From Andalucia godoyi And28 (Eukaryota > Protista > Jakobida): a stretch of DNA of 64,000 nucleotides. Of the stretch, positions 1 to 9,900 are shown one piece after another. The position numbers were made by a program, and so were the translations under genes. Below the pieces are notes generated by a model. That model saw nothing but the letters and a program-made list of their open reading frames with translations, was not told where the DNA came from and did not search any database. The stretch lies in assembly GCA_009859145.1 (NCBI GenBank), contig VRVR01000006.1, positions 338,596-402,595 of the forward strand, given 5' to 3'. Positions within the stretch are counted from its first letter, which is position 1. Each line of letters starts with the position of its first letter.

Positions 1-9
1 TTTCCGTCG

Positions 10-48
10 CTCTCTCTCTCCTCCCCTCTCTCTCTCTCTCTCTCTCTC
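10..48. repeat. (TC)n microsatellite
   Basis: Read directly from the sequence. Confidence 0.9.
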
Positions 49-447
49 AAAATGGTTGTTTCTTTTGTTTCTTTTGTTTTCTTGTCTGTAACAGCAAACT
101 CTGGATTACATCGTGTCGTCGAATCGGAGGCTTTATTCGGAGAAACGGACGTTTCAAAAAAATCTCGATAAAATCTACTGTTTCCAGTCCTCCAGCTGCC
201 GGACCTTTTCCGGAGATTTTGACTTTTGAAATTATCAGTTAAGCTGCTGTAGAAAAAGAACGCATGGGAAGACTTTCGCGGACTTTCGCGTTTTCTGCGC
301 TTTTGTTTTTCTTAATCTCTCTCCTTTTTCCTTCTCCTTAATGGCAATGACGAACGATTTCTAATCCGTGTTTCACCTGATATTATGTGACGAGAAAGTT
401 TAACTGAGCCATTTCAAACCATTCCATACTTTTCTTCCCCTTAAACA

Positions 448-450
<3 letters not shown>

Positions 451-488
<38 letters not shown>

Positions 489-523
489 CACTCTCATTCA
501 GAGAGAGAGAGAAAGAGAGAGAG
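451..523. repeat. (CA)n followed by (GA)n microsatellite, downstream of the MFS gene
   Basis: Read directly from the sequence. Confidence 0.9.
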
Positions 524-663
524 ATACATGTACACAAGCCTCCCCAAAAAAGTACACATCCAGAAAAAGGCACAGTTACGTGGGGTGTTTACATCTTATT
601 AATATGTTTATATGATTATACATGCTGTACATGAGAAGGCAGTCAAGGTTAAAGATCATCACG

Positions 664-2256
664 TCACGGCTCACACGAAGCGATCGAATGCTGCAGAACT
701 TCATTGTCTGCATCATTCGCACCCTGTTGTTGTTCAAGACCCGTACTAGCAAGATCGACGTCAGATGCGGTGACAGTGATGATACTGGTGTCGCCTGGAA
801 AAGCCCTCTCACACTCGCCGTCTTGAGGGGAAACAGGGGCGCAGGCCATTTGGACGTCTTCAGACTTGACAGAATCTGGACTGCCGTCCTCCTGCACCTT
901 CTCGTCCTCCAGAGTAATCCGAAACGTCGTACCCGACGCCGACTTGTGAGCATCTTGTTTCTGCGCCTCCCGCAGACGTGTTAGAGGGTATTTTCTCGCA
1001 TACATGAAGAGAATGATGGCGACGCCCAAGCACGCAACACAGACCCAGAGCACCGTCGCTGCTTTTGCTGGATTTTCATCCTTTGCAGTTTCGCTGAGAA
1101 TCACACCCATGGTGATCCCTGCGACAAAGTACGCGAAAAACAGAATGGAGGTAAGATACGACTGGAACGGGCCTTGTTCGTGTTTTTCCAGCCGTTTTCC
1201 AACCATGTCCACAAGCGCAGTGGGCGCCATTGCAGTTGGAGAAGCGAACACCACAATCACCAGAAACGAAGTGACGGTGTTCGCGAATGCCAGACCGATG
1301 AATACAACAAACAGCCAGACAAGAGAAAACAAAAAGCACGTCGAAGAGCCAAACTTTCTGCAAAATGGACCTGCAAGAAGAAAGAACACTACACTCAGCA
1401 GTCCGACACCAAGTGCCACAGGGATATACACCGAGTATGCAAGCCCGAACTTAAAGTACGCGTAAAAGTACGAGAAGAACAGAACAAACGCAATGGAGTA
1501 ACCCCAGAGTCCATATGCAACGAACGCGCAATTGATGAAAGGGCGTGTGACCCATCGGTACAAAGGGACCAGAGGGTTCAGTTCGCGCCAGGAAAACACC
1601 ACTTTGGATTCCGGCCTCAGCGTCTCACGGAACGAGAAAAAGAACACGAAGCACGCGAGCAGGGCGAAGCATGCGAGCAACGTAAAGCACAACGGCCATG
1701 CAACCGTGTCGACCATGAACGACGCAATACCTGCGGCTATAATTGACGGCAGTGCCGAAGTGCACACGAGAATGACCGAGACGAATGTGGATCTCTTCCG
1801 TGGCGCCATCACATCTGTGGACAGGGCATAGTTGATAGCCGCCACACCAGATCCGAGTCCAATGAGTACCATGGCGATGAACAGGAGGAAGAGCATGGAT
1901 CGGCTCACCACAGGAATGAGACAGCAGCATCCAAGGAAGTTCAAAGTGTTTGCCACGAGATGCGCAGGTCGACGGCCACGAGACTGCGAAAACATGCCTA
2001 CCACAGGAAGCGTCACATACTGTGTCAGTGTCAGAACAGCAGTCAAAAGTCCATAAATCACTGCGCTGAACGAGCTTCCATCGTACAGCCAGATACAAAA
2101 CGGCGCGAGGAATATCTTTAGAAGCGATCCAGTAAGAGAGTAGCAAAGCTGGCCGAAAAACAAGTGATAGTACTGCTTCCACATCTCCACCGTCGAATCA
2201 ACAAGCGGGACTGCATTTTGCAACGTTGCATCGGTCCCTTCCATATCATTCGACAT
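664..2256 (-). CDS. MFS transporter (TetA/DHA1-like, about 12 TM)
   Basis: 530-aa ORF from the ATG at 2256 (the track used an upstream TTG). About 12 hydrophobic segments, motif-A-like 'GMFSQSRGRRP' after TM2, acidic tail. Confidence 0.85.
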   Translation of the reverse strand: MSNDMEGTDATLQNAVPLVDSTVEMWKQYYHLFFGQLCYSLTGSLLKIFLAPFCIWLYDGSSFSAVIYGLLTAVLTLTQYVTLPVVGMFSQSRGRRPAHLVANTLNFLGCCCLIPVVSRSMLFLLFIAMVLIGLGSGVAAINYALSTDVMAPRKRSTFVSVILVCTSALPSIIAAGIASFMVDTVAWPLCFTLLACFALLACFVFFFSFRETLRPESKVVFSWRELNPLVPLYRWVTRPFINCAFVAYGLWGYSIAFVLFFSYFYAYFKFGLAYSVYIPVALGVGLLSVVFFLLAGPFCRKFGSSTCFLFSLVWLFVVFIGLAFANTVTSFLVIVVFASPTAMAPTALVDMVGKRLEKHEQGPFQSYLTSILFFAYFVAGITMGVILSETAKDENPAKAATVLWVCVACLGVAIILFMYARKYPLTRLREAQKQDAHKSASGTTFRITLEDEKVQEDGSPDSVKSEDVQMACAPVSPQDGECERAFPGDTSIITVTASDVDLASTGLEQQQGANDADNEVLQHSIASCEP

Positions 2257-2461
2257 CAAAACAATAAATTAAATTTAAAAAAACTATAAAAAACAAATAA
2301 ATCAAAAAGAAGAAGAAATAATAATAATAATAACAACAATGATATAAGGTAACATAAATTAATCAATCCAAGAACTTAATAATTAGAACTCGCAGTTCAC
2401 GACACTTGATAAAACTCTTAACAACTGTACAAATGAACCATGTGAACGCAGGTGCACCACC

Positions 2462-2835
2462 ACCACTTACTGCGGTTTGATGAAGCAATCTAAAACGCAC
2501 GTAAACAGAACCACTGCCACGCGCCATGCGCATGCGTTTGTTATCTTGGCAACTCCGTCACACGATGCTCGATTCGTTTCGCCCCATTTTGATCATGAAA
2601 GCCTTATGCATACGCCGCCGCGTTGCATTCTCGCACACCGACGCTCATATCTTATTTTTATTTTTGTTGTTATTGTCCATGCAACGCATCTATCTATCTT
2701 GGGAACGTCGCTCATGCCGAGGAGCGTGTTGGGGGCCTACCCCCTTCCCAATCAATGCCATGCATGTTGTTGGGTTGCAACATTGACTATGGGTGGTCAG
2801 CGATGATTATCCGTGGTTAGTGTACAATGTAGGCG
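2462..2835 (+). mobile_element. Decayed IS607/Fanzor2 relic F2-a (C-terminal coding remnant plus right end / putative omegaRNA)
   Basis: Frameshifted remnant MMKQSK..NRTTA-RAM..LSW..H...FR..LIMKA resembles the Fanzor2/TnpB helix before RuvC-II. Then NASIYLGN, the hairpin ggggg-ccta-ccccc (2731-2744) and the terminus tgtacaatgtaggcg, shared with copies at 5.0, 32.2, 44.9 and 50.7 kb. Confidence 0.7.
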
Positions 2836-2949
2836 TGCATGTATTTTCGGAAGCAAAGAGGTGCTGCTTGTTTAGGTGGTTGGGGTCAGGATGAATGAAA
2901 GAAGAGAGAGAGAGAGTAGAGAGAATGAGCTACAGCTGACAGGTCTCTG

Positions 2950-4041
2950 TCAGTTCTGGGATGAGTCACAAGTCTTCGCGTAAATGTCGCTAACAGAAAC
3001 TGCCTCTGGCATCGACGCCTCCTCCAGATTGTTGTGGTGCAGTGCATATCGTCCAAGACGGTAGCGCAGAAAGTCACGGAATGTGGAAAATAGCAAAAAA
3101 TGGTCTTTTGCAGGCGGCGTGAACAGAGTGTCTGGCGGCAACTCCGCCGTCGGTTTCTGCGCAACCCATTCTTCTGCAAACCATTCTGGAAATTCGGAAA
3201 CGCTTCGCGTTCGGCGCCATCTTTTAGAAGACGCAGCGGTTGCGAGGTCTGTGTCCCCGACGCGGCTTATCACATTCTGGAATCCATGTTCAATGCACGC
3301 AAGCTCCAAGTCCCAGCGCTGCCGGCATTCTTTTCTCAGCATCGATTCAAACAGTTTTCTGCGCTTCATTTGAAACTGCAGCAGCCCAAACAAGGCTAGG
3401 GTTTTGTGCCGTAGACGGAGAACACGGGCTTCTGCTCGAGCATCTATGGCAACGGCTAGCGCATGGAGAATGCGTACCACTCTCCATAAACGCAGAATAA
3501 TAATGATGCCGACTAATTCTGTGATGCTGTGGAACGCAATGTCCACAACAAGACTCGTTGCAACGACAACGAGATCAATGACATACCCAACGTGCTTGAA
3601 AAACTGGACGCCAAGTCCAAACATGAGAACGAACAATTCAAGAAGAAACAAAGAGAGAATGGTCAACGATCCAATCAACAGACCCTCTCGAACGTCAGCT
3701 TCGTCGTGAATGGTACCCGTATCCATCAGCACTTCAGTGATCACAAGTGCCAGATCTGTTAGAATAAGAATGATCACAATCATCTGCACGGTTGACGATT
3801 CGATAAATCGCACTGCCCTTTCTCGGAAAGACAGCGCAGCCGAATGAACCCTTGTTGCAGCGCTGTACTCGTTCACAGCCTGGTTGATTTGAGAAACATC
3901 GTCGAGATCATTGCATATCCGCATCAGCGACTGAAATGCCACTGGATCCACCGCCAAGCCCGCTTCCAGCGTCTTCATCTTTTGCGCTGCCGCATTCTCA
4001 AAAACAAATGAAGGAAACCTGTGATGTTCTTCATCAGACAT
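2950..4041 (-). CDS. HVCN1: Voltage-gated proton channel Hv1-like with extended C-terminus
   Basis: Four TM helices, S1 Asp (ILTDLALVITE), S4 signature LRLWRVVRI (RxWRxxR), followed by a coiled-coil-like helix. Confidence 0.85.
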   Translation of the reverse strand: MSDEEHHRFPSFVFENAAAQKMKTLEAGLAVDPVAFQSLMRICNDLDDVSQINQAVNEYSAATRVHSAALSFRERAVRFIESSTVQMIVIILILTDLALVITEVLMDTGTIHDEADVREGLLIGSLTILSLFLLELFVLMFGLGVQFFKHVGYVIDLVVVATSLVVDIAFHSITELVGIIIILRLWRVVRILHALAVAIDARAEARVLRLRHKTLALFGLLQFQMKRRKLFESMLRKECRQRWDLELACIEHGFQNVISRVGDTDLATAASSKRWRRTRSVSEFPEWFAEEWVAQKPTAELPPDTLFTPPAKDHFLLFSTFRDFLRYRLGRYALHHNNLEEASMPEAVSVSDIYAKTCDSSQN

Positions 4042-4529
4042 GTTGTTTTGAGCGGACTCTGTGTGTATGTATGTATATATATATGTGTGGGTGTGTGTAT
4101 GTTTTGTCCTCGTTTCCGTCTATCTGATGTCCTGCATTGTACAGTGATACTCTGGGTGTCCGCTTTCAGAATTCTTTGTAAGCGGACTGGTGCATCGTTG
4201 GCAACTTGCAGTCGGGAATCAGAGTTTTCTCCTCCGGTATTTCTCCCCCCTGACAAGAAACACTCGAAGGCTCTGTTGGATTGTGAAACGCACACATGGT
4301 CCACAAATCCCGATGTGTGCGTGAGCAGATTGTCGTCATGTCTGAGCTCCCCGCACCCGGGTTTTGTCAATCGAATAGCCGTGCTTCCATCTGGCTACAC
4401 AAACTTCAGAACCTCTCTCCGCGAACCGCTCCTTCGCTATCCATCTTTAAACATCGTTATCCATTTTTTCAGTGTTTTTATTTTTTTCAAATTTTTCTTT
4501 TTTCCACCCTCATAAATGTTACGTCGTCT

Positions 4530-5041
4530 GTCTGCTGCGTGCAAGACACATGACATGCACCTCAAGCTTACGACACTGGGCCGCCGCGGGTCGTGTCCGA
4601 TTCTTGCACACCGGATCTCACAACGTGTACCACCTCGAGGACATCGAGAAAGTCGTCGGGCAAGCTCCCGTCGAGGCGAGGCCGTCGTGCTTCATGCTGT
4701 CGCGGGGGCCATTGCGAGTGTCAGCAGCGATTGTTGCATTAAGCACAAGAGCTTGGGGACTGCGAGATCTGGGCGCGGTCGTCACGGGAGAATGCACTTC
4801 CGGGACATGCGGCCATCCGTCACTTCAGTGGAAACAAGATCTTCACATGTCCCACAAAGTGCATGTTGGATGACGGATCGATTGTGATTATGGAGCGGTG
4901 GTGCACGCAGCTTTTTTTGTTTTTTTATCTTACAAACGCCGAGGCATGTGTTGGGATATATTCCCCTTCCCGAGACTACGTCGCAACATTTGGTTATGCA
5001 ATGTCAGCAATGGCTATGTATGATATGTGCACAATGGAGAC
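4530..5041 (+). mobile_element. IS607-type relic F2-b: degenerate serine-recombinase TnpA joined to the Fanzor2 right end
   Basis: SSLRHWAAAGRVRFLHTGSHNVYHLEDIEKVVG (4562-4660) resembles the MerR-like HTH of IS607 TnpA. IASVSS (4711-4728) resembles the YARVSS catalytic motif and TDRL (4873) resembles DRLxRFG; the motifs fall in different frames. 4925-5041 aligns with the right end of F2-a. Confidence 0.7.
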
Positions 5042-5047
5042 TATGCA

Positions 5048-6715
5048 CTATGCAGAAGGGCCAACGTCTTCCAGCCACAGATCCATGGTGGAAGAACTTG
5101 GCTGCACTCGGGGTTTTGTAAACATCTTTTTGAGACACGATGAACCGACTGGGAATGCCGCGATGGTCAAGACCAACGCGACTGCGGGGCAGGCACCGGC
5201 AACAGAGTACGCGGTGACCCATCCCATCTTGTCTACGGACTCTGACGCCCACAGCGAGCCGAGGATTCGAGAGAGGGAGCCAAGGGAGGACACATAGCCC
5301 GAGAGGGTGGCCTGCGGTCTGGCACCCAGTGTGTGGGACAGAAGGACGTTGATAAGATTCTGCGTGAGCGCAAATCCAACGGACCAGATCAAGAAGGCTC
5401 CAAGCATGAATCGCCATGGCGCAACCCACATGGAAGTGTTGCTCGCATTCATGGCGTCATGGTCTTCCGGTTCTTCAGACCATGGTGCTATCAGAAAGAA
5501 GCCGACACTCATCGCAAGCAAACCGATCCAAAAGAAGGCAGCCTCGACAATATTGATACCTGCGGGTTGTGCGTTCTTTTTGTTTTCCAGTTTTTCGAGC
5601 AAAGGCGGCAGACTGAGAATCAACAAAAGACCAATTCCTCCAAACCCAGAAATTATGCCCGAGTTTTCAGCGACGCTGAGATTGTACATCTTGCTGGTGT
5701 AGACCACAAACAGCGTTTCCATGACGGCCGTCGAAAATCTGGATGCAAGCATTGCAAACATCAGAGAGCCGATTATCAGCTTTTCTCGTGGTTGCAAGCC
5801 GACAGCTCCTTCTTCACTCAACTCAATGAACGTTCCTTGACTTTGAGAATCCGGCAGATCGTCGAACGGCTGCGTGTCTGGGATCGTAAACCGTGTCAGC
5901 GTCCAAACAAAACAGATCACGGCGAAGCAGAACAGAAACATCCCCGGCAACGTATACTTGTCGAACTTCATTCCCCAAAACGAAAAATCGGCAAAACTCA
6001 ACAATGCGCCAATTCCGGGTGCGACTGCCGCTGCTGCAAGCTGACTCGATGACAACCAAGAGACAAGTCTCGTCCGCTTCTGGCGAATTCGCTGTGCGGG
6101 TGCATCGTCTTCCGGGGATTCAGTCTGTGCCTTCACAAAGTCGTGGTACCCCAACCACTCGGAAGCGAGCGAGCAGTACCCGCGTGCCTGGCCAAGAGTA
6201 CTTGCTCCAACGCCAATCAGCAGCCGCGAAACCATGAACAACGGAATTGAGGGATATGTCGAATACAAGAGGTTACCTACTGCGAGCAGGAAGGAGCACA
6301 AGAGCAACACGGCGCGATGGCCGGTCCGGACCGCCTTGTCAGACCAGTATCCAAACAACGGAGCAAACACCATACGAGATGCACTGTACAGTGCATTGAA
6401 TACGCCGTACATCTGCAGCGTGCCGCCGTTCTGGTGAAAATACGGCCACAGGGAGGCAAGCACGAAGCTTCGGCTGGCCTCTCCAAGGAATGCAACAAAC
6501 ACAACAAGGGCATAGGAAAGCCAAATGTAGTGTCGTTGTGTCTGCAATGCCGCCTCCGCATCTGTCTTTCTTCTCTGTTTCGGATGTCGAACAGTCGCAC
6601 TGTCCTTCCAGTCTCCGGACCACCGACCAGTATTAACTGTCACCCTCTTGTCCTCGCCATCCGCAGATTCCTCCTCTGGCGCTCTACCTTGGTCAGGCCT
6701 GTACTCCAACTCCAT
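5048..6715 (-). CDS. MFS transporter, MFSD8/CLN7-like
   Basis: 555 aa, about 12 TM; SLWPY, 'APLFGYWSDK', 'SRLLIGVGAS' and 'DKYTLPG' motifs are typical of MFSD8-like proteins. Confidence 0.8.
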   Translation of the reverse strand: MELEYRPDQGRAPEEESADGEDKRVTVNTGRWSGDWKDSATVRHPKQRRKTDAEAALQTQRHYIWLSYALVVFVAFLGEASRSFVLASLWPYFHQNGGTLQMYGVFNALYSASRMVFAPLFGYWSDKAVRTGHRAVLLLCSFLLAVGNLLYSTYPSIPLFMVSRLLIGVGASTLGQARGYCSLASEWLGYHDFVKAQTESPEDDAPAQRIRQKRTRLVSWLSSSQLAAAAVAPGIGALLSFADFSFWGMKFDKYTLPGMFLFCFAVICFVWTLTRFTIPDTQPFDDLPDSQSQGTFIELSEEGAVGLQPREKLIIGSLMFAMLASRFSTAVMETLFVVYTSKMYNLSVAENSGIISGFGGIGLLLILSLPPLLEKLENKKNAQPAGINIVEAAFFWIGLLAMSVGFFLIAPWSEEPEDHDAMNASNTSMWVAPWRFMLGAFLIWSVGFALTQNLINVLLSHTLGARPQATLSGYVSSLGSLSRILGSLWASESVDKMGWVTAYSVAGACPAVALVLTIAAFPVGSSCLKKMFTKPRVQPSSSTMDLWLEDVGPSA

Positions 6716-7100
6716 CTTAATCTTTGTTTTAAAACGTCACTTTCTGTGGGAATATGAATGAGAACACTGCAACAAAAAAATTTCTTTTTTATATTTTATA
6801 ATTTTATTGCGAATTGCAAACCCCCCTTGACGTTGAAGAATCTTTTTTATTTTTTTCCATGTCGGTGTTTGCATAGCAATGTATCCACGGTGCATACATC
6901 GTTGCTCTTCGAGTGTCCTGGTGGAACCACCAATCTTGTATGAACACGATGCAGCACAAAGAAAACGCACTCGCACCGCCCGCAGGTTCTGTCTTCGAGC
7001 AACTGTCGTACGAAGAATCGTGGCAGAACCGTCATTGAAAAGCTCGCCTCTCTCTTCCTTTCTCTTTCGAAGGCTTTCCTGTTCATAATGCTGTCTTTGG

Positions 7101-8764
7101 TTGCCATTGCACCCAGTTCGGGAAGAGGGCTTCAGCATGCAGTATTTGTATCAATATGTGGATGTGCATGGCAGGAAGCTGTCGGAGCCTGCACTCTTCA
7201 AGGAAGATTATCCGGATGTTGGACTGCAGCGACTGCTATTTTCTGCAATGCCTGCACCGACTTTGACGGTCGAGCACTATGCGTCCGTGGAGTCAGTCAC
7301 GACGTCAGATCCACTCCGAACAGATACGTTTTCCTTTTCCGACGGACTTGATTTTCCAAACTGTCCGGTGACTCCAACATCCAACCAAAAGCCAAGATCC
7401 AATGAGGATGTTCCTTCGTTTCCGAGTTGTCTTCTTCGACAAAACCCAGGGGACTTTGCCTCTGTTGTGGGGTTCGGCCAGATCCAATCCGCGCTGTTTG
7501 GAAAAGCTCTCGTGAAGAGCAGAAAGAGACCTATTCCTCCCCACTTCGCTCTGGTGGAACTGTGCAAGCCGAAAAGCCGAGGCGGTGCGCATCCACGGAA
7601 GGCGTCCGTTGTGCTATCGTCACCGTCCCACAGCAGTTCCTATTCCGTATCTCTGGATCATCATTCAAGTAGTTTTCAAATTGCAACCGCCGGGTCATCC
7701 ACGTCATCTGCAGTTGTGGTCCAGGGCGCGTCTCCTTCTAATCCCAATGGAATGTTACCACAACAGCAACCACAACAGCAACCACAACAGCAACCCCAGC
7801 AACCACAACAACCACCACCACCACCACAACAGCAACAACAGCAGCAGCCGCGACAGCGACAGCAGGCGCAGGGCAGATCATCTGTTTCTCCCCAGAGTCG
7901 ACCCAAGAAGATGAGTCGTGTTGAAGTGCTTCCGACTGCAGTGCGACACGGACAGTCGAATCCGGCTTACGTTTCTACAGTGGCGTATCGCTCGCCGTCA
8001 ATTGATGTGTCGACGATCATCCGAGTTCGGTTGGTGGCTGCGCCCGACCAAGAACGTATCCGCGTGCACCTGATCGACTTGTCTGCTCATCTTGCTCAGA
8101 AAATTGCTCCGATATCGCATGCAACGGTGCGACAGGGTGGCTTATCGTCGGCGATGTCGTCGCAAAGTACGTGGGTCGGAGGCGGCAGCCCGCATGCCGG
8201 CCAGAGCGCAGCTGCAGGTGCAGGTGCGGCTGGGCGAAAACAATCCTATTCGGCCAACGGATTCCAAGGGATGGCGCAGGTGCTGAATTCCGGTCAGCAG
8301 TCCGCAGTTCCGCAATCATGTTTGCAGGCTTCTCAGATGTATACGTCTTCACAGTCCACGGTTCCAGGTGCCGCGCAGCAGCCACAACAGCAGCAGAAGC
8401 ATATGTCGCATGTATCGCGCCCTCAGCCCAAGTCCGCTCTTGTTCCATCTGTTCCTGGTATTTCCCAGCACCTGCAGCATGTTCACGCAACAATTGCAGT
8501 CCATCAGATTCAAGTCCAATTGCAGGCCGCCACACAGCAGCAACAACAAGCATTGCATCAGCACCAGGCCCAAGCGGTTGCGCAACTTCAGCAAGCACAG
8601 CAAGCAGCAGCAATGAAGAATAACCTTCATTTGTTGCACCAGCAGCAATCTCAGCGGTTGCCCCACATCCATCTTGCGCAGCATGTGCAAATATTGCAAC
8701 AACAACAACAACAACAACAGCAGCAGCAGCAGCAGCAGCAACAACAACAACAACAACAGCAACA

Positions 8765-8805
<41 letters not shown>

Positions 8806-9296
8806 CAGGTCACGTGCAAGCTGGTAGCCCTGCACAGTCCAGTGCTCATGGACAGCAAGCATGTTCGGATGATTCTCCTCAACAGCAGAATGCGGCTCAT
8901 GTTCCTCAGCCTGTGAGCGCTTCTCCCAGTCCAGCAGCACGTGCCAGTGTTCCGCAGCCTGCATCCCTGTCCCACGCCATACCGGTCGCATCTGCATTGC
9001 AGCAACAACATCAGCAACATCAGCAACATCAGCAACATCAGCAACATCAGCAACATCAGCAACATCAGCAACATCAGCAGCATCAGCAGCACCAACACCA
9101 ACATCAGCATCAGTTGCACCAATCTCCACAACTGTCACAGGTTCCCAAAGCATCTCCAATCGTTGGAGCGTCTGTGCCAGCAGATATTGAACCCGAAGCT
9201 GTCGGTGCGTCTGTCACCAGAATTGTACAAAAACTGAGTCTACCAAACACAGCTCCACCTGTTGTCGCCCTGAAACAGAAACCGCCAGGGAAATAG
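7101..9296 (+). CDS. Gln/His-rich low-complexity protein of unknown function
   Basis: 731-codon ORF with a short globular-looking N-terminus and polyQ tracts. The start is uncertain (TTG 7101 or the ATG near 7137) and an upstream exon is possible. Confidence 0.7.
8697..8804 (+). repeat. (CAA/CAG)n polyglutamine tract of about 36 Gln; a (CATCAGCAA)n HQQ repeat follows at about 9007-9117
   Basis: Read directly from the sequence. Confidence 0.9.
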
Positions 9297-9488
9297 GGTG
9301 CATTTATATATTATCAGTACCAGCTATTGCTCACTGTCTACTGTTTTTCGCCTGCATCCCGCGCTGCAGTCGTCTTTGCTCCTCTAAAGACGCAGCTGTC
9401 ATTGAGTTGTCTGACTTCCAGAAGGAAGCCATCAGACACCATGCATTTTTTCGGGCGGCGGTCTCCCCCCGCGATGCATAACAGCTTG

Positions 9489-9900
9489 ATGAACGACGGT
9501 CATTATTGATCATCGGCTAAGCTGTCACCGAAGACAGATCCAAGCCATATGCTGTTTTGTTTTTAATTGGGGGCGAGCACCAATTCTTTCAATGCAGATT
9601 GCTCTGCATCAGAGGGTCATCGCTACCACAAGTTTCTTGGTTTCTCGGCATCATCGGGCACGGCCGGTTTGCGTTTGTTGGGGAGATCCTCTCTTTGGAG
9701 CCATGAGATGTTTTTGCCTTTATCTCTGATGAAAGGTGCTGCTTGAGGGTTCGATTATAAAAAACAATCAAACAAAAAGAAAATAATAGAAGGAATAAAA
9801 AAATGAGGAATGAAGAAATTCTGGACAGGAAAGCTTTGTGTCGGCAAAAACACTTCCGGTATTTGTTTGATGCGCAAAACGGTCAGACCGTTATTCTGTT
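9489..9900 (-). mobile_element. Fanzor1-like relic F1-a (3' coding remnant plus structured right end)
   Basis: Homologous to 30235-30609 and 52130-52430. Remnant RDK-GK-NISWLQRE followed by TNANRPCP resembles RD.NAA.NI...RP. Hairpin atgcaga-gcaa-tctgcat on the minus strand (9592-9609). Confidence 0.65.

Noticed and set aside
90-230. Possible further Fanzor1 fragment (GLHR..ES, aaatctcgataaaat resembling KSRDKN)
   Set aside because: Needs two indels to read, has no shared structured end, and is truncated by the window edge.
5050-5130. SMVEELG read as the IS607 TnpA C-terminal helix
   Set aside because: It lies antisense within the MFS coding sequence, beyond the element right end.
8017-9159. 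Long antisense ORFs over Q-rich, Asp-rich and coiled-coil genes (e.g. 8017-9159, 8349-9131, 22127-23104, 58242-59366, 63526-63981)
   Set aside because: Shadow ORFs of triplet repeats or of codon bias on the coding strand.
9720-9745. CTGATGA (hammerhead ribozyme core) on the + strand of the three-copy element
   Set aside because: No stem II followed by GAAA in any permutation; the GNRA and UUCG-type loops point to the opposite strand.
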